A stretch of DNA of 64,000 bases from Candidatus Eiseniibacteriota bacterium (GTDB lineage: Bacteria > Eisenbacteria > RBG-16-71-46 > CAZAMP01), in contig OZ245046.1 in the NCBI GenBank assembly GCA_965224245.1, forward strand, positions 2,368,001-2,432,000. Direction: 5' to 3'. Made by a program: the position numbers and the translations under genes. The number at the start of each line of letters is the position of its first letter. Within the stretch, counting starts at the first letter, position 1. Below, one piece after another: positions 47,816-59,502 of the stretch. The notes under the pieces were generated by a model that worked only from the letters and a program-made list of their open reading frames with translations, was not told the DNA's origin and ran no database searches.

Positions 47816-48874
47816 ATGACGTCACCCGCACCGACCGCCGACCTCCTCGGCCTGTATCCCGAGGAGCTGTCCGAGATGATGCCCGAGGACGTGCGTGAGC
47901 CCTATCGCGTCGCGCAGCTCCTCTCCTGGATGTACGACCACGGCGTCCGGCGCTTCGCGGACATGACGAACCTGCCCAGGTCGTTCCGGCGGCGGGCACA
48001 GGAAGCCTGGCGCGTGGGCTCGCTCGAACGCGAACGCGAGACCACCTCCGCCGACGGCGACGCCACCAAGTACCTGTGGCGCCTGGAGGACGGCCAGCGC
48101 ATCGAGTCGGTCTACCTCGTCTTGCCCACGCGCGAGACGTTCTGCATCTCCTCGCAGGTCGGCTGCGCGTACGGGTGCACGTTCTGTGCGACCGCGCGGA
48201 TGGGATTCCGGCGCAATCTGACCAGCCGGGAGATCCTCGAGCAGGTCTACTGGATGCGCGAGGAGCTCCGGCGTCGCCGCGGTGCCGACCGCCCTCCGTA
48301 CAACGTCGTCTTCATGGGCATGGGCGAGCCGCTGGCGAACTACGACGCCGTGGTCGACGGCGTCCGCCGTCTCACCCATCCGAAGCTCCTGGGCCTGAGC
48401 GAGCGGCGAATCACGATCTCGACCTGCGGGCTGGCCAACCAGATCCGGCGCCTGGCCGACGAGGGACTCCGCGTGGGCCTGGCCATCTCGCTGAACGCCA
48501 CGACCGACGAGACGCGGGTCCGCACGATGCCGGTCACCCGGAAGCACGGCATCGACGAGCTCTGCGACGCGGCGGCCACGTACGCCGGGAAGACCGGGCG
48601 GCGCGTGACGTTCGAGTACGTCCTCTTGCGTGGCACCAACGACGGCACCGACGACATCGCGCGCCTGAGCGCGATCGCCGCGCGTGTGCCGTGCAAGCTG
48701 AACGTGATTCCGTTCAATCCGTTCCCCGACGCCGGACACGAGCGCCCGGACGATCGGTGGGTGACCACGTTCCTGGAGCGACTGATGGGGAGCACCGATC
48801 GCGCGGTGACGATGCGCACGACGCGCGGGCTCGACATCGCGGCCGCGTGCGGACAGCTGGCGACCGGCACCTGA
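47816..48874 (+). CDS. rlmN: 23S rRNA (A2503-C2) methyltransferase RlmN, radical SAM
   Basis: Motifs CISSQVGCAYGCTFCAT, MGMGEP, SLNA, FEYVLL and DIAAACGQL. Confidence 0.96.
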   Translation: MTSPAPTADLLGLYPEELSEMMPEDVREPYRVAQLLSWMYDHGVRRFADMTNLPRSFRRRAQEAWRVGSLERERETTSADGDATKYLWRLEDGQRIESVYLVLPTRETFCISSQVGCAYGCTFCATARMGFRRNLTSREILEQVYWMREELRRRRGADRPPYNVVFMGMGEPLANYDAVVDGVRRLTHPKLLGLSERRITISTCGLANQIRRLADEGLRVGLAISLNATTDETRVRTMPVTRKHGIDELCDAAATYAGKTGRRVTFEYVLLRGTNDGTDDIARLSAIAARVPCKLNVIPFNPFPDAGHERPDDRWVTTFLERLMGSTDRAVTMRTTRGLDIAAACGQLATGT

Positions 48875-48954
48875 TCGGTCGAGGAGCGCGCGAACGGGAC
48901 ATCGGTGGCATTCGACTCGTGCCCCTCACCTGATCGCTGGCGCCCGGGCGCCCG

Positions 48955-50604
48955 GTGACGCAAGATGTGGCCATGAAGGACTCCCGTCGCCCCTGGCAGC
49001 GTTCGCTCAGGACGCGCCTCACCCTGCTGTTCGCCGCCCTCGGGCTGGCGCCGGCGATCATGGTCGGCTACTCGGTGCTGCGCAACCTCACCCGTTCGAT
49101 CGACGTGTGGGAGAACCCCGGCGTGACCGACACGATGGAGAGCGTGCGCATGGTCGCGCGCACGTCGGTGAACAAGCTCGTGAGCAACCTCGCGGTGCAT
49201 GCCCGCGATCTCGTCGACGTGGTCGCACGAACGTCCGACGAGGACGCGGAGGCCGAGCTGGCCGACTTCCAGCGCACGACCGAGGTCGACCTCGTGGGGC
49301 TGTACCGGGCGCTCGACGACGACTGGCTGCCGATCACGATCGTCTGCGACGACCCCGTCAGCTTCACCGCCGACGACATCGACCTGGCCCTGCAGCTGAC
49401 CAGCCTCCAGACCGACGAACACGGCTACCTCGTGTCGGCGTTTCCGTACCAGACCGACGACGCTCACTACGCGATCCTCCTCGGCTACCGGCTGGGACCG
49501 GAGTACCTGCCGTACCTGGAGTCCATCGCGGCCGGTCTCACGTACTACAGCCAGCTCCGCCTGGCCAAGCAGGCCACGCGCCAGTCGGCCATCCTGACCG
49601 CCGTCGTGGTCACGCTGGTGGCGCTCGGGCTCGCGCTGTTCCTGGGCCGGAAGGTGGCCCGGGGTGTGAGCCGGCCGGTGGAGGACCTCGTGGGGGGCAT
49701 GCAGCGCCTGGCCCGCGGCGAGGTCGTGCAGGTCACCCCCAAGGGCACCGACGAGCTGCGCTTCCTGTCCGACACGTTCAACCGCATGGCGCGCGAGCTC
49801 GAGGTGACCCGCCGCGAGCTGGCCAAGGCCGAGCGTCTGGCCGCCTGGCAGGAGATGGCCCGCCGGATCGCCCACGAGATCCGGAACCCGCTGACCCCGA
49901 TCCAGTTCGCGCTGCACCGCCTGTCTCGAAAGGCGGCGCGAGGAGAATCCCCCGAGCCCGTGGTCATCACCGAGTCGGTCAACGCCATCCTCGAGGAGCT
50001 GGACGGGCTGAAGACGCTGGCCGCCACGTTCAGCGAGTTCGCCAAGCTACCCGATCCCGAGCCCAGCCCCATCGCGCTCAACGACCTCGTGGAGAGCGTG
50101 GCCGGGCTCGTCGAGAGCCAGGGACGGCTCGTCCATCGCGAGCTGGACCCCGAGCTGCCCGAGATCGTCGGCGATCGGCGGGGTCTCCGCCGCGTCCTGA
50201 CGAACCTCCTGAAGAACGCGCTGGAGACCGGCGCCGAGACGCTCACGGTCCGGAGCCGGTGCGTCGGTCCCGAGGGCGTCAGGTACTCGTCCGAGGACGC
50301 GCGACTGGGCCCCGGCTCGACACGCTCGCTCCTGGCCGTCCCGCACGTCGTCATCACCGTCGAGGACGACGGCCCGGGCTTCGCGTCCGCCGACCTGGAC
50401 AGCATCTTCCTTCCCGACTACTCGACCAAGCCCACCGGCAGCGGACTGGGACTGGCCATCGTCTGTCGCATCATCGCGCAGCACGGCGGCGTACTCGTCG
50501 TGGAGCGCGCGGCCGATCACGGTGCGAAGCTGCACGTCCATCTACCGCTGGAGATCCCGGCGCTCGACGAGGCGGCCGGCGACCGCGACGCCGACACCCT
50601 CTGA
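48955..50604 (+). CDS. Membrane sensor histidine kinase, NtrY-like (HAMP, HisKA, HATPase)
   Basis: Two TM segments; AERLAAWQEMARRIAHEIRNPLTPIQ, NLLKNA, DDGPG and TKPTGSGLGL. The start may be 48973. Confidence 0.92.
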   Translation: MTQDVAMKDSRRPWQRSLRTRLTLLFAALGLAPAIMVGYSVLRNLTRSIDVWENPGVTDTMESVRMVARTSVNKLVSNLAVHARDLVDVVARTSDEDAEAELADFQRTTEVDLVGLYRALDDDWLPITIVCDDPVSFTADDIDLALQLTSLQTDEHGYLVSAFPYQTDDAHYAILLGYRLGPEYLPYLESIAAGLTYYSQLRLAKQATRQSAILTAVVVTLVALGLALFLGRKVARGVSRPVEDLVGGMQRLARGEVVQVTPKGTDELRFLSDTFNRMARELEVTRRELAKAERLAAWQEMARRIAHEIRNPLTPIQFALHRLSRKAARGESPEPVVITESVNAILEELDGLKTLAATFSEFAKLPDPEPSPIALNDLVESVAGLVESQGRLVHRELDPELPEIVGDRRGLRRVLTNLLKNALETGAETLTVRSRCVGPEGVRYSSEDARLGPGSTRSLLAVPHVVITVEDDGPGFASADLDSIFLPDYSTKPTGSGLGLAIVCRIIAQHGGVLVVERAADHGAKLHVHLPLEIPALDEAAGDRDADTL

Positions 50605-50617
50605 AAGGAACCCCGGC

Positions 50618-52000
50618 ATGAACGACCGCGCGCCCCGACCGTACGTGATCCTCGTCGTGGACGACGAGGCGTCGGTGCGTCGATCGGTGATCGGTTTCCT
50701 CGAGGACGAGGGATACCGAACCCTCGACACCGAATCCGGACCCGAGGCCCTGGCCGCGCTCGAGAGCAACCAGGTCGACCTGGCGCTGCTCGACGTGTGG
50801 ATGGAGGGCATGGACGGTCTCACGCTTCTGGACGAGATCCAGCAGCGGCAGCCCGAGCTGCCGGTCATCATGATGAGCGGCCACGGCTCGATCGACCTCG
50901 CCGTTCGCGCGACGCGCCGGGGCGCCTACGACTTTCTCGAGAAGCCGCTCTCCCCCGAGAAGCTCGCGATCACCCTCAACCGCGCGCTCGACCACCAGAC
51001 GACGCGCCGCGCCCAGGCGATCCTCCGCGAGGAGCTCGGCGCCACGCGCGTGCTGATCGGCGAGAGCCCCGCGATGACGAAGCTGAAGGAGGACATCCAC
51101 CGCGTGGGCGGCACGGACGGGCGCGTCCTGATCAGCGGCGAGAACGGAACCGGCAAGGAGCTCGTGGCCCGCGCGATCCACGAGCTCAGCGTTCGCCGCT
51201 CCGGGCCGTTCGTGCGCATGAACTCCGCGGCCATCCCGCGCGATCTCGTCGAGAGCGAGATGTTCGGGCACGAGAAGGGCGCATTCACCGGCGCCACGGC
51301 GCGCAAGCTCGGGAAGTTCGAGATCGCCGATCGCGGCACGCTATTCCTGGACGAGATCGGCGACATGGAGGCGTCGGCCCAGGCGAAGCTCCTGCGCGCG
51401 CTGGAGACCGGCGAGGTCGAGCGCGTGGGCGGCACGCAGCCCGTTCGCTTCGACGTGCGCGTGCTCGCGGCCACGAACAAGGACCTCAAGCGCGAGATCG
51501 CCGAGGGTCGGTTCCGGGAGGACCTGTACTATCGCCTCGCGGTCGTCCCGCTGGTGGTGCCGCCGCTGCGTGAGCGCGGCGACGACGTCGTCGTGCTGGC
51601 GCGACACTTCCTGACGCACTACTGTCAGGAAGCCGGCGGCGTGGTGAAGCGCTTCTCGGAGTCCGCACTCGACTATCTGCGCCAGCACCGCTGGCCCGGC
51701 AACGTGCGCGAGCTCCGGAACCTCATCGAGCGGCTGTCGATCATGGTGGATCACGACGAGGTCGACACACGTGACCTCGAGCCCCTGCTGGACCCGATCG
51801 GGATCGATGCACCCGACGTCGCCCCGGTCACGAACGGAGACGGTACGCTGAAAGAGCGACTGGAAACCGAGGAGCGGCGCATCCTGCGCGACGAGCTCAT
51901 GCGGACGGGCTGGAACGTCTCACAGGCCGCGCGGCAGCTGGGCATCGATCGCGCGAGCCTGCACCGCAAGATCAAGCGGTTCGGACTCTCCAAGCCATGA
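50618..52000 (+). CDS. Sigma54-dependent response regulator, NtrX-like
   Basis: Motifs VVDDE, LLDVWM, MMSGHG, EKP, GENGTGKE, GAFTGA and FLDEIGD; HTH. Confidence 0.94.
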   Translation: MNDRAPRPYVILVVDDEASVRRSVIGFLEDEGYRTLDTESGPEALAALESNQVDLALLDVWMEGMDGLTLLDEIQQRQPELPVIMMSGHGSIDLAVRATRRGAYDFLEKPLSPEKLAITLNRALDHQTTRRAQAILREELGATRVLIGESPAMTKLKEDIHRVGGTDGRVLISGENGTGKELVARAIHELSVRRSGPFVRMNSAAIPRDLVESEMFGHEKGAFTGATARKLGKFEIADRGTLFLDEIGDMEASAQAKLLRALETGEVERVGGTQPVRFDVRVLAATNKDLKREIAEGRFREDLYYRLAVVPLVVPPLRERGDDVVVLARHFLTHYCQEAGGVVKRFSESALDYLRQHRWPGNVRELRNLIERLSIMVDHDEVDTRDLEPLLDPIGIDAPDVAPVTNGDGTLKERLETEERRILRDELMRTGWNVSQAARQLGIDRASLHRKIKRFGLSKP

Positions 52001-53250
52001 CGGTCCCGTTCCCGGCCCGTGCCGTGATCACGCTGACGGCGCTCGGCGCCCTCGCGCCGCCCACCGGTGCGGCGCCCGCGCCGCCGGACTCGTTGCGGAC
52101 CGAGGCCCCGACCGTCATCGTGTACGAGAACCCCGACACCGACTCCGAGGCCGACCGTCGCGCGCTCGAGGACCGCCTGTGGGTGGACGAGTCGGAGCTG
52201 CAGTACCGGCTCGAGGATCGTCAGGGCAAGGCGATCCAGCTCGGCTTCCTCGCGGCCTACAACCGCGTGGACGAGCTCGCGCTGACCCTCACCGAGCGGT
52301 TCGAGAACCGGCGCCAGCTCACGCCGCGCGTGACGCTTCGCGAGACGTTCTCCACCGGCCTCGAGAAGTGGCGCTACCGATTCGAGTTCGAGCAGCCCCT
52401 CTCGCGCCGCCATCGCCTCACCATCGGCGCCGCCGCGTTCGACGAGACCACCGTCTTCGACGACCTGCGGGGACGGGTCGGCGAGGCCGAGAACACGCTC
52501 GCGAGCCTGTTTTTTCGCGAGGACTTCCGGCACTACTACGCTGCGGAGGGCTTCGAGGCGTTCGTGACCGCCGGGGTCAGCGGACGTCCCGAGCTGCGCG
52601 TGGCCTACGTCGACTCGCGGGACGAGCCCCTCGGCGCCACCACCAACGGCAGTCTGTTCCGGCCCCGGTCCTCGTTTCGCGACAACCCGCGCGCGGACGG
52701 CGGACGGCGACGCGCCTGGAACGCGGTTCTGACCTACGACTCCGAGCGAGATCGCCGCGGCGACGGCTTCGCTCACCGGCACGAGCTCGCGTTCGAGTCC
52801 GCTGGCGGGGCGCTCGGAGGAGCCTTCGACTACGACCGGTGGGTCTACCAGGCCGTCCTCGCCCAGTACCTCGGGCCCGAGCAGCGGCTACGGTTCCGCG
52901 TGCGGGCCGGGTCGGTCGCCGGGGGAACGCTCCCGGTCCAGAACCGCTTCTACCTCGGGGGGATCGGCACGCTCCGCGCCGAGGACTACGCCCGCATCGA
53001 GGGCGAACGCATGTACCTCGTGAACCTCGAGTACGTGTTCACGATCTTCTGGCAGCTTGAAGGCGTGATCTTCGAGGACCTGGGCGCTGCGTGGGACCGC
53101 CCGCTCGAGACGCGGAAGACGCAGCCGGCCTTCGACGCCGGCTTCGGGATCCAGAACCGAACCGGGACGTTTCGTGTGAATCTCGCGCGCGACCTCCGAG
53201 CCGAGAACGCGCCCCTGGTGGCGACGGTCAGACTCAACCAGCCGTTCTGA
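51997..53250 (+). CDS. Outer-membrane beta-barrel protein (Omp85/BamA-TamA-like C-terminus)
   Basis: Signal peptide; YNRVD, LPVQNRFYLGGIGTLR and FEDLGAAW; terminal Phe (LNQPF). Confidence 0.7.
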   Translation: MTVPFPARAVITLTALGALAPPTGAAPAPPDSLRTEAPTVIVYENPDTDSEADRRALEDRLWVDESELQYRLEDRQGKAIQLGFLAAYNRVDELALTLTERFENRRQLTPRVTLRETFSTGLEKWRYRFEFEQPLSRRHRLTIGAAAFDETTVFDDLRGRVGEAENTLASLFFREDFRHYYAAEGFEAFVTAGVSGRPELRVAYVDSRDEPLGATTNGSLFRPRSSFRDNPRADGGRRRAWNAVLTYDSERDRRGDGFAHRHELAFESAGGALGGAFDYDRWVYQAVLAQYLGPEQRLRFRVRAGSVAGGTLPVQNRFYLGGIGTLRAEDYARIEGERMYLVNLEYVFTIFWQLEGVIFEDLGAAWDRPLETRKTQPAFDAGFGIQNRTGTFRVNLARDLRAENAPLVATVRLNQPF

Positions 53251-53255
53251 GTGAC

Positions 53256-54128
53256 ATGCGCGTTTCGACCCGATCACAGCTCGTCGCTCGTCTGACCCGC
53301 GCGACCCTCGGCGCGCTGGTCTCACTCGCGGCGCTCTCGGCGTCGTCGGATCGCTCGGTGGCCGGCGACGCCTTCGAGGCCGCGATCGATCGCGTGTGGA
53401 TCCGGAGCGACAGCCTGCACGTCGACTTCCGGATTCAGGGCCTCCTGTCCGAACGCATCCGCGACGGACTGGGGCGGGGCCTGCCGATGACGATGAACTA
53501 CGACATCGCCCTCTGGCGCTCGAGGTCGGGCTGGTGGGATGCGCTCGAGTCACGGGTCGTCCGGCGATTCAAGATCCAGCGAAACGTGTGGGACGATCGC
53601 TACTTCGTGGACAACGAGGCCGGCGGCCGCCTCTGGCTGAGCGACGTCGACGAGCTCGAGTGGCACCTGTGCCGTCGCTCGGCCGAGTTCGTGACCTCCA
53701 TCGAGGACCTGAACCCGGACAAGTCGTACTACGTGGTCGTGAGTCCGTCGCTGCGGCCGCTCACGATCGAGGACGTACGCGAGGTCGAGGCGTGGCTGAC
53801 CGGCGAGATCGAGGAAGGGCGCGAGCGCGGCGGGGTCCTGTCGGTCATCGCGAGCATGCCGCGCGTGTTCTTCGGCGTGTTCGTGGACCTGGCCGGGCTC
53901 GGCGACAAGTCCACGCTCGCGCGCAGCGGGACGTTCCGGATCGACGGCATGGCCCCGACCGAGGCGTCGCGCCAGAACGCCGGCGACGACGCGGGCGCGC
54001 CCGCATCCGACGAGGAATCCCGGGGCGAGCCCGCCGCACCGGGGTCGGCGCCGGACGGCGCTCAGCGGATGCGAACGACGCGTTCCGCCGGGGGCGCTCC
54101 CGCCACGCCCGCGACGCGCGCGAAGTAG
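53256..54128 (+). CDS. DUF4390-like exported protein
   Basis: Signal peptide; IRDGLGRGLPMTMNYDIALWRSRSGWWD pattern; downstream of the NtrYX-like pair. Confidence 0.65.
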   Translation: MRVSTRSQLVARLTRATLGALVSLAALSASSDRSVAGDAFEAAIDRVWIRSDSLHVDFRIQGLLSERIRDGLGRGLPMTMNYDIALWRSRSGWWDALESRVVRRFKIQRNVWDDRYFVDNEAGGRLWLSDVDELEWHLCRRSAEFVTSIEDLNPDKSYYVVVSPSLRPLTIEDVREVEAWLTGEIEEGRERGGVLSVIASMPRVFFGVFVDLAGLGDKSTLARSGTFRIDGMAPTEASRQNAGDDAGAPASDEESRGEPAAPGSAPDGAQRMRTTRSAGGAPATPATRAK

Positions 54129-55048
54129 AGGCCGGTGCCGGCCTCCGCGCCCGCGTCGGTACGTCCGTCCCACTCGAAGCGCACCTCGGTGGCGGTCTCG
54201 GTGATCGGCTCCAGCGAGCGCACGTGCCTGCCCCGGGCGCCGTGGATCTCCAGCGCCCGGGGTCCGGGGACCTCGGGCGAGGCAAGCCGGACCGTGATGG
54301 ACGTCACCCCGCGCGAGGGTTGAGGACTCACCGTGACCACCAGAGGCGCGCTCGGCGTGCCGACGAGCGCCAGGAACAGCCGCTCCAGCCCGGGTACGTC
54401 ACCGGGCAGGGCGAGATCGGTGTTCTCGATGCTGCCGGAGTAGTTCGCGTCTGCGCCGCCGAAGAGGTACCGGAAGTCCTCGGCGAAGATCTCGCGGGGG
54501 CGGTTCGCGTGTTCGGCCCACGCGCCGAACGTGGTGGGGTCGTCCACGCCGCGCAGCGCGCAGTACGAGTCCCACGCCTCGCCCGTCACCAGGGCGCGCT
54601 GGACCACGTGTCCGAACTCGTGGGCGACCAGGAAGTGGACCTGCCGGCGGGTGTAGGCACGTCCGACGCCGGGGCTGAGGTAGACCAGCCCATCCTCGGC
54701 GGACGAGATCGGCAGCTCGACCCGCGGCGCCGGGAGCACGACGATCAACACCTCGACCGCCGACCGGAACGGCTCGGCGATCGCGGCCACCGCCTGCACG
54801 ACGACGGCCGGATCCACGGGCACCGACGCCGGATCCTCGTCGAGGCGCCAGCTCCGGCGCCCCGGGACCTCGAGCCACGCATCGCCCCGGTCGTCCCGGT
54901 AGACGTACCGTGCCTCGACGTCCTCGGGAGTGAGGATACGGATGCCCGGACGCGGGATGATCTCGGCCACGGCGGGCACGGCGGTGCCGATCAGGGTCGT
55001 GACCAGGATCCATCGGAGGAAGCCGGGGCCGAGGGCGTCACATCGCAT
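54062..55048 (-). CDS. Secreted zincin metallopeptidase with a FlgD-Ig-like C-terminal domain
   Basis: Signal peptide; VAHEFGHVV and EIFAEDF; C-terminus SPQP...GRHVRSL...WDGRTDAG..AGTGLYFARV. Confidence 0.8.
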   Translation of the reverse strand: MRCDALGPGFLRWILVTTLIGTAVPAVAEIIPRPGIRILTPEDVEARYVYRDDRGDAWLEVPGRRSWRLDEDPASVPVDPAVVVQAVAAIAEPFRSAVEVLIVVLPAPRVELPISSAEDGLVYLSPGVGRAYTRRQVHFLVAHEFGHVVQRALVTGEAWDSYCALRGVDDPTTFGAWAEHANRPREIFAEDFRYLFGGADANYSGSIENTDLALPGDVPGLERLFLALVGTPSAPLVVTVSPQPSRGVTSITVRLASPEVPGPRALEIHGARGRHVRSLEPITETATEVRFEWDGRTDAGAEAGTGLYFARVAGVAGAPPAERVVRIR

Positions 55049-55101
55049 CGTCGTCGTACCTCGTTGTCAGGCAAGGCGTTCTGGCTCGATAACTCCTTTC
55101 G

Positions 55102-55117
55102 CGCAAGGCACGTGCCG
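55102..55117 (-). promoter_or_regulatory. Sigma54 -24/-12 promoter of the metallopeptidase
   Basis: Minus strand CGGCAC-GTGCC-TTGCG; AT-rich IHF-like AATCGATTTATTA at about 55169-55181. Confidence 0.65.
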
Positions 55118-55353
55118 TGGGTCCGCGGGTCCGTCACGAGTACCCGAGCCCGGCCCGGCTAATCCCGTAATCGATTTATTATGAATGTTTTACGTCTACG
55201 ACCGAACGCCCGGAGCACGGAGGGTCCGCCGCGAGCCGAAGAACGCACCGGACGCTCGGGGAGCACGGCTGGGGGATTTGGCCCGGAACGCGACCGCTCG
55301 GTGCGCGGTCCGCGGCGTCAAGACGTTGGCGAGAAGCCAGATGTGCGGGTGGG

Positions 55354-56622
55354 TCAGGTCGCGCGGCTCACGTCGGGTGCCGGGCCAACCAGCCCGCCGG
55401 CCTGGACGTCGTCGACCTCGTCGTCCGTGCGGGTTCCGAGGCGCGTCCGGGCGAGCGCACCGGCTCCCACGAGCCCGACGATGATCTCCGCCCCGCGGCC
55501 CAGCACGTGCAGCGCGATCCCGAGGAGCCGGAAGCCTGCGGGAACCGACTCGGACGCGGCCAGGAGGACTCCGCCGATGATGGCCGCGTACAGGATCAGG
55601 CCGCCCACGAGGGCGAACCGACCCGCGCCCGCATCACGGCCGGGCGAGAGCGCCCGGCCCATGCGGGCGGCGCCCACGATGACGGCCCACGCCCAGAAGA
55701 GGCCCGCCACGAGAATCGCGATCGGGATCCCGATCAGCGTGATCGACAGCACCGCGGACGCGAGCAGCATCCCGAGCCCGAGCAGGAGTCCGGCCCCGAA
55801 GGATCGGCCGGGATGCTCGACGGCCTCCTCCAGCGCGGCCTGGGTCTGGCGGCCCAGGATCGCGGTGACCAGGAGCGTCATCAGCAGGTAGAACACGAAC
55901 CCGAACACGACCACGCGCAGCGCGAAGCGCGTGATCGAGGACCAGCTCACGGTGTCGCCGAGAAAGCTCAGCGACACGGCGTCCCCATCCACCTGGGCGC
56001 CGAAGTCGTCGATGCGGCCCCCGATCGAGACGACGTCGGCACCGCATCGCGCGAGCGCATCCAGCTCGATGCCGCCGAGCACGGCCACCAGGTTGCCCTC
56101 GACCTCCCCGGTGACCTCGATGTTGCCGGCGATCGTGACGACGTTGCCCTCCACGGTCCCGTCGACGAAGACGTCGCCGTCCATCACGATCACCGAACCC
56201 AGCACGACGTCGCCCCGGCTCACCTCGACGTCGGTCCCGATCCGGACGATCTCGGCGGTGTCGGTCGTGCGGCGCGTCCATCGCTCGACGTCCCCGCGCC
56301 GCCGATCCGCTTCGCGAGCGGGACCCGGGCGACGGCCACCGGGCGTGGTCTCCTCGTCGAAGACGATGATCCCGCCCTCGTCGTCGAACGTGATCGTGAT
56401 CCCCTCGTCCGAGCCCCCCTGCACGGCGGTGGCCGGGGCCTCGGGTGTCTCGGGTGTCTCGGTCGCCGCGCCGGGATCCGGGTCGGGGTCGGCCGATCCG
56501 GCCGCCGTGGCATCGAGCAGGGAGAGGGGTCCGATCACGAGAGCCGCGAATCCGAGCGTCCGGAGTGCCCGGCGAGCCGTCTGGACGAGCCCGGCGGCGA
56601 TGTGGGGTCGGTGAGCTGTCAT
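55354..56622 (-). CDS. Membrane protein with a bactofilin-like beta-helix domain and a multi-TM C-terminus
   Basis: Signal or TM segment; repeats GDVFVDGTVEGNVVTIAGNIEVTGEVEGNLV; LSITLIGIPIA TM cluster. Confidence 0.8.
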   Translation of the reverse strand: MTAHRPHIAAGLVQTARRALRTLGFAALVIGPLSLLDATAAGSADPDPDPGAATETPETPEAPATAVQGGSDEGITITFDDEGGIIVFDEETTPGGRRPGPAREADRRRGDVERWTRRTTDTAEIVRIGTDVEVSRGDVVLGSVIVMDGDVFVDGTVEGNVVTIAGNIEVTGEVEGNLVAVLGGIELDALARCGADVVSIGGRIDDFGAQVDGDAVSLSFLGDTVSWSSITRFALRVVVFGFVFYLLMTLLVTAILGRQTQAALEEAVEHPGRSFGAGLLLGLGMLLASAVLSITLIGIPIAILVAGLFWAWAVIVGAARMGRALSPGRDAGAGRFALVGGLILYAAIIGGVLLAASESVPAGFRLLGIALHVLGRGAEIIVGLVGAGALARTRLGTRTDDEVDDVQAGGLVGPAPDVSRAT

Positions 56623-56793
56623 GGTCGGTTCTCTCGGATCGTCTGGATGGGTCTCGGTGCGCGCGCACGCGGCCAGGCGCCCGTGCTCGGTGTCCCCGTT
56701 CGTGGCCCGGACCTCGTACACCGCACCCTCTCGTCGACTACGACCGGGCCGCGCCGCGTGTTGCCTCCACGCTCCGGGGTCCGGCTCGCTCGC

Positions 56794-57399
56794 TCAGTCG
56801 TCGCCGGCCTCGGCCGCATCGTCGAACACGTCCTCGCCCTCGTCGACCATCTTGGTGCGCAGAAGCCGATGCGCTCGGTGCAGCCGCGCCTTGACGGTGC
56901 CGATCGGGATCTCCAGCTGATCGGCGATCTCCTCGTAGGACAGGTCTTCCTTGTGCCGCAGGAGCACGACCACGCGGTAGCGCGGTGGCAGCGACAGGAG
57001 AAGCCGGTCCAGGCGGTCACGCTGACTGCCGGTCTGGAACGTCTCCTCGGGATCGGGCCCCGGGTCCACCAGCTCGATGCGCGGCCGCTCGTCCTCGCCA
57101 TCGTACGTCTCGTGGATCGAGACGGTCGACAGACGTTTCTTCCGATAGAAGTCGATGCAGAGGTTGGACGTGATCTTGAAGATCCAGCTGGAGAACGGTC
57201 GCGACGGATCGTAGCGGTGCAGCGAGCGGAACGCGCGGATGAAGACCTCCTGCGCCAGATCGCGCGCCTCTTCCCGGTGGCCGACCATCCGGTACGTGAT
57301 CGAGTACACCGAACGACGGTAGCGACGGAGGAGCTCCTGATAGGCACGCTGATCACCATCGAGACATCGCTTCACGATGGCCGCATCGTCAGCCGGCAA
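56794..57399 (-). CDS. ECF RNA polymerase sigma factor (SigW/RpoE-like)
   Basis: EARDLAQEVFIRAF, FSSWIFKITSNLCID and LSYEEIA..LEIPIGTVKARLHRA; TTG start after GAGGGGGAG. Confidence 0.93.
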   Translation of the reverse strand: MPADDAAIVKRCLDGDQRAYQELLRRYRRSVYSITYRMVGHREEARDLAQEVFIRAFRSLHRYDPSRPFSSWIFKITSNLCIDFYRKKRLSTVSIHETYDGEDERPRIELVDPGPDPEETFQTGSQRDRLDRLLLSLPPRYRVVVLLRHKEDLSYEEIADQLEIPIGTVKARLHRAHRLLRTKMVDEGEDVFDDAAEAGDD

Positions 57400-57508
57400 C
57401 GCTCCCCCTCAAGCTGGGTTTCCAACGCCTCGGGCGCATCCGAGACAGAATCCAATCGAGGTTACGGCGCATCCCGACGGCACGTCAAGGCGACCCATTT
57501 CCGGTTGA

Positions 57509-58864
<1,356 letters not shown>

Positions 58865-58867
58865 GCC

Positions 58868-59308
58868 GTGGCGAGGCGCGCTCCCCTCCTGGCGCCGACC
58901 CCGATGGCGCGGCTGCGTCGGCGGCTCCGGACCTCGCCGGTGCTCACGCGCCTCGGAGGAGGCGGGTCGTCGGACGAGCCGGAGACGGACGGCGGTGACT
59001 TCCTCCGGGCACGGCTCCGCCGCCGCTCGATTCCGCTCCCGCTCGTCCTGGGCCTCGCCGGCGGATGCTGGATCCTCGTCACGCTGATCGCCGGCGATCA
59101 CGGCTGGCTCCGGATCCGCGCGCTTCGCCGCGAGCACGCGCGCGTCGAGCAGCAGATCGGCGAGGCGGAGACCCAGATCGCGTCCCTCCGTCGCCAGCTC
59201 GCGCGGACCGGCGATCCGGTGCACCTCGAGCGCGTCGCGCGCGAGGAGTTCGGCCTGGCTCGCCCGGGCGAGGTCGTCTACCGCCGCCCGGCCGCCCCCG
59301 AGCCGTAG
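58868..59308 (+). CDS. ftsB: Septum formation initiator FtsB/DivIC
   Basis: TM segment, GDHG and a coiled coil; LERVAREEFGLARPGEVVY; conserved position after eno. Start uncertain. Confidence 0.85.
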   Translation: MARRAPLLAPTPMARLRRRLRTSPVLTRLGGGGSSDEPETDGGDFLRARLRRRSIPLPLVLGLAGGCWILVTLIAGDHGWLRIRALRREHARVEQQIGEAETQIASLRRQLARTGDPVHLERVAREEFGLARPGEVVYRRPAAPEP

Positions 59309-59378
59309 CGTTCGGCGCGCGCCGCGGCTGCCCGCCCCACGTTCGTCCGGGACCGCGCCGTCGTGCGCGGAGCGGTGC

Positions 59379-59407
59379 TTGACACGGGCTGCGGCCGGCG
59401 CTAACGT
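59379..59407 (+). promoter_or_regulatory. Sigma70 promoter of tRNA-fMet
   Basis: TTGACA-N17-TAACGT. Confidence 0.75.
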
Positions 59408-59420
59408 TCGGCCTCGCGAT

Positions 59421-59495
<75 letters not shown>

Positions 59496-59502
59496 GGTTT
59501 CG

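Noticed and set aside
54062-54128. 67-bp convergent overlap between the DUF4390-like and peptidase genes as a regulatory feature
   Set aside because: The overlap lies in a low-complexity tail, consistent with stop-codon drift in high-GC DNA.
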